Positions 42,223-53,504 are shown, counted from the first letter of the stretch. The stretch: DNA of 64,000 nucleotides from Limnochordia bacterium (GCA_050951545.1 JBMNJG010000002.1:160001-224000); one strand, 5' to 3'. Notes: generated by a model not told the origin, from the letters alone. A program made the numbers and translations.

Positions 42223-43515
42223 ATGTTGGGACGGTGCTGTTTCTGGTTCGCGATCCTGCTGTTCGCTGTCGCGCTGCAGTGCAATTGCACGAGTGCGGCC
42301 AAGGTCACCATCACCCACCTTACGTACCTCGACCACTCCGATTCCTGGCATGAGTTCCTGCGGCAGATGAAGCCCGAGTTCGAGGAGCTCCATCCCGACT
42401 ACGACGTTAGCATTCTCATTGATGCCCAGCCAGACCAGAAATTCGCTATTCTAGTTGCTGCAGGTGAGTCGCCGGATGTGTGTGACATGAGCACAGGGCA
42501 GGGCGCGTCCTTTATTGCCAACGGTGACTTCCTGGACCTTAGGCCACGGTTTCAGCGCACCAGCCGGACTGCCCTATCCATGTACGCTAAGCCAGTTCTG
42601 AATGGGCTCACCGATCCGGACGGACGCCTCATAGCCTACCCGGTCAGTGTCTATCCCATTGTGACCTTCTACAATCTGGACTTGCTCCATGCGGCGGGTC
42701 TGACACCCCCGGCGGAGCTCGGCCCGGGTTGGACCTGGGATGCCTTGGCTGAATACGGTCGCAAACTGACGAAAGACCACAATGCTGATGGGGTCACTGA
42801 TACATGGGGCATTGACCGCATCTCCTCGCGCCCCTACATCCAGGTGGCACAGGCTGGCGGCCTCTATTTTGACAGGGAGATGCTGCCCACGTCGAGTCGC
42901 CTGACGAGTCAGGCTGTGGTCCAAGCGATCGAGTTTCTTGAGCGGATCATTGTCAAGGACCGTACCAGTCAGGCACCCAATACGCCGAATCGGGCGAGTA
43001 CATACCTCCCGACGGGAAATGCGGCCATCAGCACAGTAGACGGCCCTGGGGTCATAGGCACCCATCTGAGAGGGGTGCCCTTCGAGTGGGATATCTCCTT
43101 GCAGCCCACTGGGCCTGGTAGCAATGCTAGTGCCATCTTCTTGTCAAGCTTCCAGATCAGCCGACATTCTGCCCATCCAGATGCTGCCTGGGCGTGGGTA
43201 GACTATATCGCTGGGCGCGAGGAATCTCAGCAGGCTTTCGCCAAGATTACGGGGCGCGTGCCCGTACTTCCGAGCATCGCTCGCAAGTACAATACCGTGG
43301 CGGACAACCTGCCAAAGAACTGGTCGGCGTTCTTTACGCAGATGTCGCAGCCTGACAACATAACGGGCTACGGTGTGGTAGGTGACAGGCGCATCACAAG
43401 TGTCGTCAACGGCGCCTTTGACCGCGTATGGAGTGGCCAGATCCCGGCGTTGACTGCATTGAAAGAAGCTGATCAGACAGTTGCAGCTTTCTTCGCAGAA
43501 GCACAGAAACGGTAA
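42223..43515 (+). CDS. Sugar ABC transporter solute-binding protein
   Basis: FEELHPD, AAGESPDV, FYNLDLLHAAGL, WTWDAL, KLTKDHNADG. Confidence 0.9.
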   Translation: MLGRCCFWFAILLFAVALQCNCTSAAKVTITHLTYLDHSDSWHEFLRQMKPEFEELHPDYDVSILIDAQPDQKFAILVAAGESPDVCDMSTGQGASFIANGDFLDLRPRFQRTSRTALSMYAKPVLNGLTDPDGRLIAYPVSVYPIVTFYNLDLLHAAGLTPPAELGPGWTWDALAEYGRKLTKDHNADGVTDTWGIDRISSRPYIQVAQAGGLYFDREMLPTSSRLTSQAVVQAIEFLERIIVKDRTSQAPNTPNRASTYLPTGNAAISTVDGPGVIGTHLRGVPFEWDISLQPTGPGSNASAIFLSSFQISRHSAHPDAAWAWVDYIAGREESQQAFAKITGRVPVLPSIARKYNTVADNLPKNWSAFFTQMSQPDNITGYGVVGDRRITSVVNGAFDRVWSGQIPALTALKEADQTVAAFFAEAQKR

Positions 43516-43628
43516 TGCTCACTGCCGGAAATCGAGAAGGGTGACGCTCGCTGCTGGCTGAGCGTCACCCCATTCAATGATACCGTTTCACTCTGTAACG
43601 ACGGTACTGTATATGAGTGGCTCGGGCT

Positions 43629-44906
43629 TTACTTAATCAACGCCCGCATCCGCTGGGCCGCCGAGATCATCTCGTTCCCCGCTGGCGCTCCAGAGCTGAA
43701 TATGCGGTTCACGTGCTCAGCCATAATCGCAGACATTTCCGGATACGTCGTCCAGTAGGTCATGTTGCGAGCTAGGTCTTTTCCGTAGAACGTGTTGAGC
43801 ACCCAATCGCGCATAGCGGCACCCTGCGCAGCGCCAAGCCGCTGGAAGAAAACATCCCACAGATCTGCATATGGACCGATGGGTTGGCGAAGCATGGCGT
43901 TTACCGTGGCCTTCTGCCCGTCATAGCCAGCCATCCACTCAACCAAGCTCCAGGCAGCGTCGGCATGCTTAGTGCCATTGGCGACGCTGAACATGTGACC
44001 TTGAGCAAATGCTCGTTGGCCTAGAGGGGCTCTGGGCGGGGTGGTGTAGCCCCAGTCGAATTGGGCGCTGGTGGCCGCCACAAAGACACCGGATAACCAG
44101 TTTTCTACAATGCCGTACCCGCCCTCGTAGAAGGTGCCTCTAGCGGCATACCCACCCGGATAGGGTGCTAGTTTGAGGTTGTTTTGCAGGTCGTTCCAGT
44201 ACTCCAGTGATTCGATGGCGGCGGGTTGGTCGACCAGTACCTTGCTACGGTCTTCACTCAGCCACTCGTGTCCGGTCCAGTTATGCATCCATTGGATATT
44301 GCCGCCGGAGCCGCTGTTAATCGGGTTTGATGTGCCATATATCATCGCTTCGGGGTCGGTTAGCTTTTTCGCTAGGTTGCGTAGGTCGTCAACGGTCCAG
44401 TTTTCGTTGGGTTCCACGACGCCGCGAGCGGCCATCAGGTCACGGTTGTAGAACCATACGACGCTGTTGAAGTCATAGGGGACACCATAGATCTTACCGT
44501 TGTATTTGCCGACGTCCTGCATGAAGGGGTATATCCTAGCCTTTTTCAGGTTGGCGCTCTTCTCCCATTGATTGGTGAGATCCCGGACCAGCCCTTCTTC
44601 GACCCACTTCGCCTTGTACTGAGCCCAGGTCTGGAATACATCCGGCGCGATGCCGCCAGCAGTCATGGTGACGATTTTGTTCACATAGTCGTCGAATGGG
44701 TATACCTGTACGTCAACATCGATGTCGGGATTGGTGTCGGTATATGCTCTGACAAGCTTGCTCCAATTCTCAACGGTGCCCAACGAACTAAGGTAGGTGG
44801 CGAAGGTGATCTGAACCCGGGCAGCCATTCCGACATGGCTGGCAGCGGCCAAGAGAAAAAACGCAAGAGCAACAGCCGTGACGTATAGCCTTGTCAACCT
44901 TTTCAT
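43629..44906 (-). CDS. Sugar ABC transporter solute-binding protein
   Basis: NPDIDVDV, AGGIAPDV, GKIYGVPYD, WFYNRDL. Confidence 0.9.
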   Translation of the reverse strand: MKRLTRLYVTAVALAFFLLAAASHVGMAARVQITFATYLSSLGTVENWSKLVRAYTDTNPDIDVDVQVYPFDDYVNKIVTMTAGGIAPDVFQTWAQYKAKWVEEGLVRDLTNQWEKSANLKKARIYPFMQDVGKYNGKIYGVPYDFNSVVWFYNRDLMAARGVVEPNENWTVDDLRNLAKKLTDPEAMIYGTSNPINSGSGGNIQWMHNWTGHEWLSEDRSKVLVDQPAAIESLEYWNDLQNNLKLAPYPGGYAARGTFYEGGYGIVENWLSGVFVAATSAQFDWGYTTPPRAPLGQRAFAQGHMFSVANGTKHADAAWSLVEWMAGYDGQKATVNAMLRQPIGPYADLWDVFFQRLGAAQGAAMRDWVLNTFYGKDLARNMTYWTTYPEMSAIMAEHVNRIFSSGAPAGNEMISAAQRMRALIK

Positions 44907-45461
44907 ACAGATGTCTCCTTCCAGAATCTAATTGACCGGCGCACTGTGGGTAGGCTCCGCCTATGCAGATGACATTGGGGCTCGCTCCCCCAGCACACAG
45001 GCAAAGCAAAAAAGCAGCCTGCTGCCCAACCCAGCGTATCCGACGCGTGATGCATCAACCCCCCTTTGGCCATATTCCGCTGTTCGCATGTCCCTTTGGT
45101 GAGGCTTGTCTGCCTATGACGGTATCTCACTCAGCGTGAACGATGATGTAAACGACAGCAGAGGGTGCAAATGGTTGTACAGCGACTGCTGGAATATTCC
45201 GGCTCTTAGAAGGGCATGCGGCAATCGCTAATGTACCCTATAAAACAATACAAGGGAAATAACCGGGGATACATTGATGCGGTTATTACATTCGTGTGCC
45301 ATTTTTCCTCCTTAAGAAATAAAAGGCGCTGTTTGGGCATGTCGGTGGCCCCCGCGTGATGCAGTTGTGGTACAGCTTCACGCGATGACGAAGCACCCCA
45401 ATCCGGCAGGTGCGGACTGGGGTGCTTTTGCGGGTCATCCCGCAAACTCGGTACTCTCTCG

Positions 45462-46484
45462 TCAGAGACTTACGATGGACTCTCCAGCGCACTTGAAGGG
45501 GATGCCAAGGGCGCCAGCCACAGTGGCAGCGGCATCGCAGATGTCGCCGTGTTCACGAGTGGTTCCCCGCATGGCGAGGGGCAAAGCACCACCCGTCACT
45601 ATTTGCGTGATGCGCCGACAGCAGTCGGACCAGCCTCTTGAGATGGGTCGGTTGCTTGAGAAGTCCCAGACTTTGCAGTCCCATGGCCACACATGATCCC
45701 AACATAGCTCTGTGCTGGTGCGGGGACCATCATGCGGCCTGAACGAGCCGGACATGGCGTCACAGCCGTAGTGGTAGGCGTGATCAGACGTGATAACCAT
45801 GAGCACGTCATCCCAAGCACCTGTCTCCGTAAGGAAGTCTCTGAGCATACCTACGTGCCGATCCACATGATCAACTAGATGGTGGTGCTTGTCGCTTACC
45901 GGGGTTTCCGGATCTGGTACAGACACAGGAAGACCATAGGGTTTGGCTGTGAGGTCGTGTTCGGGTAGGTATATCATGAGAAAGCGCCAATCAGGATTGG
46001 CCCGCGCATACGGAAAGACATACTCCGTTAGCTCTTTCTCGTCAGGGTAGTAGCCGGGCAGGGGTACGCAATGCTGAGTCGTATGCCAGTAACCCGGGGC
46101 TAACCAACAGCCGGATCCGAAGGTAGCGACCTTGATATCTGGACGATTTCGGTCAATCCATTCACAGATGGTGCGGTAGTCGCCATCGGCGTAGGGGTGG
46201 CAGCACCACTCATCCTCCAACACCACTTGGTGCGAATCGTACCGTCCGGAAGCCAAATAGCGCATGCCATAGGGTGTCATACACTTGCCCTGCGACATGG
46301 GGCGTAGGGTCCACAAGCCGTTGTTGATACACTCCGAGATGTTGGGGATGAGCCCATGCTTGTGATAGTCCATGATATTTGGGGGCGGCAGCCCTGTAGA
46401 CTGCACTGTGGCAGCACCTGGCACCCAGTGGCCAGCCAGCTGGTCGATTACCAGCAATACGACGCGAGGGATTTCTGACTGCAT
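45462..46484 (-). CDS. Alkaline-phosphatase superfamily protein (phosphodiesterase/sulfatase-like)
   Basis: VVLLVIDQL, YLPEHD, VDRHVG, VITSDH, DAAATVAGALG. Confidence 0.7.
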   Translation of the reverse strand: MQSEIPRVVLLVIDQLAGHWVPGAATVQSTGLPPPNIMDYHKHGLIPNISECINNGLWTLRPMSQGKCMTPYGMRYLASGRYDSHQVVLEDEWCCHPYADGDYRTICEWIDRNRPDIKVATFGSGCWLAPGYWHTTQHCVPLPGYYPDEKELTEYVFPYARANPDWRFLMIYLPEHDLTAKPYGLPVSVPDPETPVSDKHHHLVDHVDRHVGMLRDFLTETGAWDDVLMVITSDHAYHYGCDAMSGSFRPHDGPRTSTELCWDHVWPWDCKVWDFSSNRPISRGWSDCCRRITQIVTGGALPLAMRGTTREHGDICDAAATVAGALGIPFKCAGESIVSL

Positions 46485-46519
46485 CTTTGTATCACTCCTG
46501 CCTGGTATTCGGCCGACGG

Positions 46520-47824
46520 CTATAACAGACTGCGAATGGCCTCCGCTATGGAGTGCATGCCGACCGTGGGTGTCGTTTCGTTGCCCACGAGCACCTTTGT
46601 CCAAGTCTGTGTGAACAATGCGTTCATCTCCATGGGCTTTGCAAAGAACACACGGCTATCGACTCGGGCCTGGTCCATGGATTGCAGGAAGACCCACAGG
46701 TTCTTGTTGGGCATTAGCTTGTAGTACTCGCTGCCCAAGCTCGGTAGCGATGGCATCTGGTAGAACGGCGCTCTCAGACGTCCGAGATTGGCTTTGCGTG
46801 AGGCCAAGGCCATAGCCAGGCGTACAGCCTCTTCTGGGTTCTTGGTCTGTCCGTACACGGAAAAGCTGTCGGTTACGGTAACCGCCGGGCGTAGGCCCGT
46901 GGGACCTGCTGGGTTTGGCGCGATGTTCCAGTCAAAGCCAGCGGTGCTATAGACTTCCTGAGTCCACACGCTATAGGTTTGCATCATGGCCGTCTTCTCG
47001 CTGAGGAAGGCCTTCTGCGGGCCGCCAAGGCTACCATCCCAGGGGTTGGCTGGCGTCACCCCGTGTTCCCAGATCAGGCTATGCAGAAAGGAAAGTCCGG
47101 CGATAGACTCGGGTGTATCGCCCGTGAAGACTCTGTCGTTTTCGGGCGCGAACAGGCCGCCACCTGCGCCCCACATCCAGGCATCTACCCAGGGCGTGTT
47201 GTCGGTTAGTGTGAGGAAACCCCAATGGTCGTGGCTGCCATCGCTTATCCGCGTCAGCTTCTTGGCTACGGAAACCAACTCGGTCCAAGTCCAGGTCTTC
47301 ATGTTTTCCGGGTACACCAGGCCTGCATTGTCGAACATGCCAGCGTTGTAGAGCATGCCGCCCATCACATTCACGTACATGGGGATGGCGTAGCGCATAC
47401 CCGCTAGCGGACCGTGGGTCAACTTGAGCGCGTTCCACTGTGCGGGGAAGAAGTCCCGGGCTGCATTCGGAAACAGCCTGTTGAGGTAGGGTTCGAGGTC
47501 GAGCAGCCAGCCGCTCTCTGCCCAGCTGCGTTGCGTGTCGCCCCAGCCCTGAAAGACGTCGGGGGCTACGCCAGCGGCAATCAGCGTAGGCATTTTCTGC
47601 GGGTAATTGCCGTCCACTGGCTCAACTTCGACGCTGATACCGGGGTTGGCTACTCGGAAGTCTCTGATTACGTCTGCAAGCCAGTTCCCCTCCTGCCCGG
47701 CGACGCTAGCATGGCTTGCCTGCATGCCCACGCGGAGTGTAACTTCCTTCGCTGCACCGAGACCGCTCACGAACAGGGTCACTGCAACCGACAGAACAAG
47801 AAGACATGACACGCGTTTGCGCAT
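46520..47824 (-). CDS. Sugar ABC transporter solute-binding protein
   Basis: ANPGISVEV, IAAGVAPDV, YNAGMFDNAGL, WTWTEL. Confidence 0.9.
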   Translation of the reverse strand: MRKRVSCLLVLSVAVTLFVSGLGAAKEVTLRVGMQASHASVAGQEGNWLADVIRDFRVANPGISVEVEPVDGNYPQKMPTLIAAGVAPDVFQGWGDTQRSWAESGWLLDLEPYLNRLFPNAARDFFPAQWNALKLTHGPLAGMRYAIPMYVNVMGGMLYNAGMFDNAGLVYPENMKTWTWTELVSVAKKLTRISDGSHDHWGFLTLTDNTPWVDAWMWGAGGGLFAPENDRVFTGDTPESIAGLSFLHSLIWEHGVTPANPWDGSLGGPQKAFLSEKTAMMQTYSVWTQEVYSTAGFDWNIAPNPAGPTGLRPAVTVTDSFSVYGQTKNPEEAVRLAMALASRKANLGRLRAPFYQMPSLPSLGSEYYKLMPNKNLWVFLQSMDQARVDSRVFFAKPMEMNALFTQTWTKVLVGNETTPTVGMHSIAEAIRSLL

Positions 47825-47930
47825 AGCGGACTCCCTCCTATATTTCGATTTGCCAAACCGAGCGCTGAGCTTCGTTGTCGCACATCACATGTCGCTGAAC
47901 TTGCCCCATAGGAACCTGGTCACCGTGTGC

Positions 47931-50201
47931 TTATGGATGGTCAGATATCGCCGACGCCATCTTCTCCAGCGCCTGGTACTTGGTGGTGGTGTCGCTCATC
48001 GCGGCCTGGGCCAAAGCTGTAGGTAGGTACCTGGGCAGGTCGTTTCGCATGAGCGTCAGTCGCTCCAATTGGGCTTTGGCCCAAGAGAGCCTTTCGCTTT
48101 CGTCTGTCGGAGGAGGGGTCTGTTCTAGTTCCTGCAACAGACCATACAGGGCTCGTAGTTTGTCGAGATTGGTTATATCTCTCACGGCCGTCGAGATGGC
48201 GCGTAAGTGCGCCGCCTGGGCGTCGTAGCGGTCGGGGGCCCACATGTAGTCAGCAGATGTGAGCCAAGACGCGCCCGAAGCGTCTTGACGCGACGGTGTG
48301 GCTGGCAAGATCATGTAGCCTGCGAGTCTGGTCTCGTTCGTATTGCGCGCCGCACCGGTCAGTGGTGCTGTAAAGGGCAACAGGCCAGCAGCTTCCACAT
48401 CGAGAAAGTCAGCCGTGTAGAAGTTGTCCCATACCAAAGGCCGGCGTTTGGTCAGCCGTACCACGGCATCGATATCAGCCTCGTCAGTAGCCACGATGAC
48501 AAAACCGATTTCCGGAGGCAATTGGGCCAGGGTAACCATGTACTGCTCCTTGGAGTCGCTTAGCTGAGCTGGCCCGGAATACCAAAGAGGCAACACCTTC
48601 ATGGTGATGTCGGCATGCCTGGCTTTCAGACGCTGGTAGATCTGGCTGACAAAGTAGAGATGGGCCTTGCCGATGTCGTTACCGAAGGCCTCTTGATCTT
48701 CCGGGTGAGTCAGTCTTTCCTGCCCGATATTCTGCAGATCGTCGAAGCTGATGGCGAAGTCGCGGTATCCGGCGTCATACAGCCGACTCATCTTGTCTAC
48801 CAGGGTGTTGATCTCACTATCGTCGGAATATTGAGTAGCCACCCTGCCCCGAGGAGAGAAGGAGACGGTCACATCGATGAAGCTACTCCGGGTGAGCGCC
48901 AGAAAGGCCTTCATGGTGAGAATGTCGGCCAAAGTAAAGGGCTCGCGCCAGGCATCTTTGCCGAATTTCCCGTTGAGGAAAGTCCCGGTAACATACACAT
49001 AGTTGAGCTTCAGCTCGGCCATCCGCTGAACGGCTTCCTGGTTCTTGTTGAACCACTGTGATCCCATTGCCATGCCGCGCTGGGTCAGGAGCGGCTTGTC
49101 GACCACTTCCATCGCAGGAACGGTACGCCGCTCATCCCTCGTGGCGATCAGCTGCCTGAGCGTCTGCAGACCGTAGAAGTGGCCCTGCTCCGTGTTGGCA
49201 CCAACATACACTGTGTGGAGCGTCGTTCCGGACTGTACGGATAGGAAATACCCCTGGGCGCCCAAGTCGGCCAGGTCTACATCGGGATATGCCTCGTGCA
49301 GGCGTTGGAGCATCGCTCTGTCGGATCCGTCGGCAAGAATAACCAGCGTTTCGGTGTCGGGCAGCGGATCGGAGGTCGCTACGATGGCGTGTTCCACTTG
49401 GACGCCGCGCATGATGGCCTGTACGGCTGTGCGGACGCGGTGGGCTTCCTGTGGAACCACTACCGCGACTTTGCGGAAAGGCACGTCGCCGCCCGGGAAT
49501 TTCGCCTGCCACGGGTTGGGTACGATGACGGGTTGCTCTGCAGCCCTTGCTGCGGAGAGGACGCTATGGGTGGTACGAGGCGGGTGTACCACCCGAATGG
49601 CCATGTCGTCCATCCAAGCTGTTCCGGTGCATTCTGTCAGGCTCAGGGCAACGGCGAGGTAGTGGGTATCTTGAGAGAGAACGATATCGCGCCTTACCTG
49701 CATCCAGTCAAACGAACCCTCTGTTGATAAAGCGTCGTAATGTCGGATCTTCCTCTTGTTCTGATCGTATTCGGTCAAGGTGTAGCGCAGCTGATACCAA
49801 CCGCCACTGCCTACTACATCCCTGGCCTTGACCCAAGCCGATACTTCAATGTGGCTGCCTCCCGGGGCGGCCGGGAAGAGCGGCGAGCTCCAGCGGACAA
49901 CACCCTCCTTACCCGGGGTGAAGGCCGTGGCCTCTATCTTGACGGCCCGGTTGCCCGAATGCACGACATCATCAACCCAGGTGGCTTGCCCGACCACGTG
50001 GTGGGTTGCGGGCACCCAGTCACCGCCAAGCCTGGTGCTGATTGCGGGATCAGAGGCCTCAAAACCAGCATTTGGCACAGGGTGTTCTTGAGCCTCAGCG
50101 AGACCTACGGTACCCGACATGGCCATCACTATGAGCACGCTGGCCTGCAGCGTAAGCTTCAGGCCCCCTGCAATTCTCGCCAACAACCAGGTGTCAAACA
50201 T
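47931..50201 (-). CDS. Secreted GH84-like beta-N-acetylglucosaminidase with N-terminal CBM and GH20-domain-2-like module
   Basis: NAGFE CBM start; GYFLSV..GHFYGLQTLRQL; KLNYVYV, WREP, FAISFDDL (GH84 catalytic DD), LVWDNF, ADYMWAP. Confidence 0.8.
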   Translation of the reverse strand: MFDTWLLARIAGGLKLTLQASVLIVMAMSGTVGLAEAQEHPVPNAGFEASDPAISTRLGGDWVPATHHVVGQATWVDDVVHSGNRAVKIEATAFTPGKEGVVRWSSPLFPAAPGGSHIEVSAWVKARDVVGSGGWYQLRYTLTEYDQNKRKIRHYDALSTEGSFDWMQVRRDIVLSQDTHYLAVALSLTECTGTAWMDDMAIRVVHPPRTTHSVLSAARAAEQPVIVPNPWQAKFPGGDVPFRKVAVVVPQEAHRVRTAVQAIMRGVQVEHAIVATSDPLPDTETLVILADGSDRAMLQRLHEAYPDVDLADLGAQGYFLSVQSGTTLHTVYVGANTEQGHFYGLQTLRQLIATRDERRTVPAMEVVDKPLLTQRGMAMGSQWFNKNQEAVQRMAELKLNYVYVTGTFLNGKFGKDAWREPFTLADILTMKAFLALTRSSFIDVTVSFSPRGRVATQYSDDSEINTLVDKMSRLYDAGYRDFAISFDDLQNIGQERLTHPEDQEAFGNDIGKAHLYFVSQIYQRLKARHADITMKVLPLWYSGPAQLSDSKEQYMVTLAQLPPEIGFVIVATDEADIDAVVRLTKRRPLVWDNFYTADFLDVEAAGLLPFTAPLTGAARNTNETRLAGYMILPATPSRQDASGASWLTSADYMWAPDRYDAQAAHLRAISTAVRDITNLDKLRALYGLLQELEQTPPPTDESERLSWAKAQLERLTLMRNDLPRYLPTALAQAAMSDTTTKYQALEKMASAISDHP

Positions 50202-50389
50202 GCATCTACCTCCGCCAATGGCAATGCAAGAGTTATCCTCGTTAGTCGGATCTCCTCTAGCCAATGGTGTTTACAGAGCGATAAAGGTGAGCGAAAGTGA
50301 GCGAAGAAGGAGAGTCATCGTTGACCCGTGCACTCTACAGGGGGTGCCAGCGGGCAGGGTAGGCGTGCCCATCAAGGGGGTGACGGAGC

Positions 50390-51145
50390 ATGATGTCTGA
50401 GATGAGACGGGAACGCATTGTGCAGTTGACACGCGAGCGTGGGGCTGTGGGCATCGCAGAACTCAAGGAGCTTCTTGGGGCGTCGGAAGCGACTCTGCGT
50501 CGGGATCTGACTCGCCTGGCTAGTCAAGGTGTGATTCGACGCGTGCGTGGAGGGGCCACAGCGATCGAGGGACTCGATCAGGCGTTGGCGTGGTCGAGCG
50601 CCAGAGACAGACACCTAAAAGTTCGCATTGGCCATCGTGCGGCGCGACTCGTCAAGCCCAAGATGACGGTGAGTCTTGAGAACGGCGGTACGGCCTTTGA
50701 GGTGGCGCGCTGCCTGCTGAAGGTGCCTGACATCCGAGTGATTACGAACTCGTTACATATTGCCTACCTACTGAATCTTCACGGCAAGTGCAAGGCGGTT
50801 GAACTCACTGGAGGAACACTTCGTCAGGACAGCTATCTCTTCGGCCCATTCACGAGTCTTATCCTGGCCCAGTTCACTGTGGATATTGCCTTTGTGGGTG
50901 CCTGGGCCTTTTCATCTGAGCAGGGGATTACCGAACCTGAACCGATGGCGGCCGAGATCAAGAAGGCGTTCATCCGTCATGCGCACCGGGCTGTGCTAGT
51001 GGCCGATCATACAAAGAGTGGCAAAGTGGCCACAATGGCCGTGGCACCCCTCAGTGCGTTGAGCACACTGGTCACTACCCGTGAGATCGCACCGCAGACA
51101 GCGGAGGCTATACGAAATGAAGGCGTGCAGGTGATAACGTGCTAA
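50390..51145 (+). CDS. DeoR/GlpR family transcriptional regulator
   Basis: SEATLRRDL..L...GVIRRVRGGA, VITNSL, LVADHTK. Confidence 0.93.
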   Translation: MMSEMRRERIVQLTRERGAVGIAELKELLGASEATLRRDLTRLASQGVIRRVRGGATAIEGLDQALAWSSARDRHLKVRIGHRAARLVKPKMTVSLENGGTAFEVARCLLKVPDIRVITNSLHIAYLLNLHGKCKAVELTGGTLRQDSYLFGPFTSLILAQFTVDIAFVGAWAFSSEQGITEPEPMAAEIKKAFIRHAHRAVLVADHTKSGKVATMAVAPLSALSTLVTTREIAPQTAEAIRNEGVQVITC

Positions 51146-51710
51146 GGCCTCGGTCGCCACGCCATTTTCCATACTGTAAGGGACAATCTCGTGGCACGGA
51201 TTTCGGGGCGGGAGACGTGCTGGAGTTGTTCGATGCGGAGGGGGTTTGGACGTGCTGAATACGCCGAATGTCGAGGCAGCTTCGCATGGGCGTCGGGGAT
51301 TCGCGAGCATATGAGGAATGGAGCAGAGTCAAGGCCAGGGAACAGCCCGTGACGATCTTCACTGAGAAAGTGGCCCCACTCATTGACGCAGAGCTTGCAG
51401 ATAGACCATTGCATAGGCTATTAACGTGCTCTTGGGTGGGTTGCCGCGAGGGCCATTCGGCCCTCGCGTAGTGCAGATGTCGTCGCAGCACATCAGCCAT
51501 CAGCTCCGCCAAAAGGCACCCACCGTGGCCAGGGGCGATGCGTTCGCATTCTCGCTTCACCCGCCCCATCCAAACGGTTTCCCAACACAATGTGCTACCG
51601 TAATCTTGGTGGTAGCAAGAGCCGATGAAGCCACAAGGATCCACAACAGGATCATCGGATTGCTGTTACACCCTTGTTGTGGTTTCCCCATGAGATCGTG
51701 GGCTGAACAA

Positions 51711-53039
51711 CTACCGCTTCCTTAAGGCAGCGTTGATCATGGCCTCAGCAGTCTCCAGGCCCTGCCGAGCGCTGACATTTTGCGCATAGATATTATTTAG
51801 AATTGGATTGAGGATCGGAATCACTGTTTGGTAACCGTGCAACGTATGATCAATACATTCCCGTCCATGCTCTTGTGCCCCACCGAGCACCTCAAGAACC
51901 TTTGCCTGGCTCAAGTTCGTTTGCTCACTAAGAACAGACGCGTACGAGTACGCCGCTGAAAGACGGGCAGGCAGGAAAGACATGCGTCTCACATAACTCT
52001 CCATCACCGTGCCGCTGACGAGGAATTTGATCAACCTCCACGCCTCTTCGGGGTGCTGTGTCACGCTACTCATGACCCACGGGTCAGTGTAAATCAGGTT
52101 TGCCCGCGTCTGGAATTTGGGCAACGCCGCCAGACTCCAGTTAGTACCTCCCGCGTAGTTGACGTAATCGCTTAGCCCCCAGCCCGCAATGATCCTCATC
52201 GCCACTTTGCCTTCGAGAATGGAATTGGAGACGGGTGGGCTCTCCCACGGTGCTCCACCAGGAATGATTCGCTGATTCCGTAGGTTCACTATCTCTTCGT
52301 ATGCGTTCACCGTGACCGCATCCGTGAGGTTGATCTTCTTGATTACCCCAGTCCGGTACGTCTCAGCGTCAAACCAGTCGCCCCCGTGCAGCCACGCCCA
52401 CATTAGTGCGTCGTACTCCAAGGTACCAAATTGAAGACCGAAACGGTTAACCGTGCCATCGTGATTCACCTTCGTGAGCCGTTTGGCTGCCTGAATCATG
52501 GTGGTGTAATTCCAGCTCGCATTATCCCAGCTTGTGGGGGGAAAGGCGAGACCCGCTTCAGCGAAAACATCTGGGTTGTAGACCACAAATGTCCCCACGG
52601 AATTCATTGGTAGCCCCCACTGCCGTCCTTCAGCCTGGTAGGCTTTCCATGCAACTGGGAAAAAGTCGCCGATGTTCAACTCTGCGCGATCCCGTTCGAT
52701 GAAAGGTCGCAGGTCGCTAAGCCAACCCAGCGTGTCCATTGACTTCACCGGTCCGCCATGCCCCCATACATCGGGCGCGTTGCCCGCTGCAAATAGCAGC
52801 GATAGTTTTTCCCACCGGGCCGTCCCACTAGAGGAATAAATGATAATGTCGACTTGGATGTCGGGGTTCTGTCTTTCAAACTCCGCGATCACGTCATACG
52901 TCCACTCGAGTTCTGGTGGCCAATCCCGGGCGCAAAGCGTAATCGTCACCTTTGCTTCGGCCGGCTCTCTCGCGAGACAACACAGGAACAAGCTCAGAAC
53001 GAGCAATGCCAGGATCGAAACACGCCTCATTGAAAACAC
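51711..53039 (-). CDS. Sugar ABC transporter solute-binding protein
   Basis: FERQNPDIQV, AAGNAPDV, YNPDVFAEAGL, TQHPEEAWRLIKFL. Confidence 0.9.
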   Translation of the reverse strand: MFSMRRVSILALLVLSLFLCCLAREPAEAKVTITLCARDWPPELEWTYDVIAEFERQNPDIQVDIIIYSSSGTARWEKLSLLFAAGNAPDVWGHGGPVKSMDTLGWLSDLRPFIERDRAELNIGDFFPVAWKAYQAEGRQWGLPMNSVGTFVVYNPDVFAEAGLAFPPTSWDNASWNYTTMIQAAKRLTKVNHDGTVNRFGLQFGTLEYDALMWAWLHGGDWFDAETYRTGVIKKINLTDAVTVNAYEEIVNLRNQRIIPGGAPWESPPVSNSILEGKVAMRIIAGWGLSDYVNYAGGTNWSLAALPKFQTRANLIYTDPWVMSSVTQHPEEAWRLIKFLVSGTVMESYVRRMSFLPARLSAAYSYASVLSEQTNLSQAKVLEVLGGAQEHGRECIDHTLHGYQTVIPILNPILNNIYAQNVSARQGLETAEAMINAALRKR

Positions 53040-53504
53040 TTGCCATTACCCCCCTTATGAAGACACCCAAACGGCCTAGGCCTCGGGGCGTCGACGGGTG
53101 AACAAACCGGAATCGCGATCCGGATTTCTCACCCCCCAATTCCTGACACTATCGTGGGCAGTCCCCCACCTATGCCAGGCTTCGAGACATCCTCGAACAC
53201 GTCTGACCTAGAATTGTAATCGGGGCTTGTCTTTTCTCGTGCTTTGAGCCATGACTGTGCGTGCGCCTCCAATAGACTTCTTGATGGGGTACTTATATCC
53301 TGCGATAAACGGTAGCTTCTTCAGTATTGGCTGACAGTCGGGTGGAAATAACCTGCGGGCTTCGGGACATCTGCGAACACGCCGGATCGGTAATTGTGAT
53401 CAGGGCTTGCCACCTCCCTGATGCCCTGACGCTGGCTGTGCCCACTGCCTCGAGTGGACAGCTTCGGAGTCGACACAACCGCCATTGGCCTACGCTTTGC
53501 AGGT

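Noticed and set aside
51176-51710. Possible small gene or remnant between deoR and the SBP gene
   Set aside because: Short ORFs without a recognisable family or clear RBS; cannot be supported.
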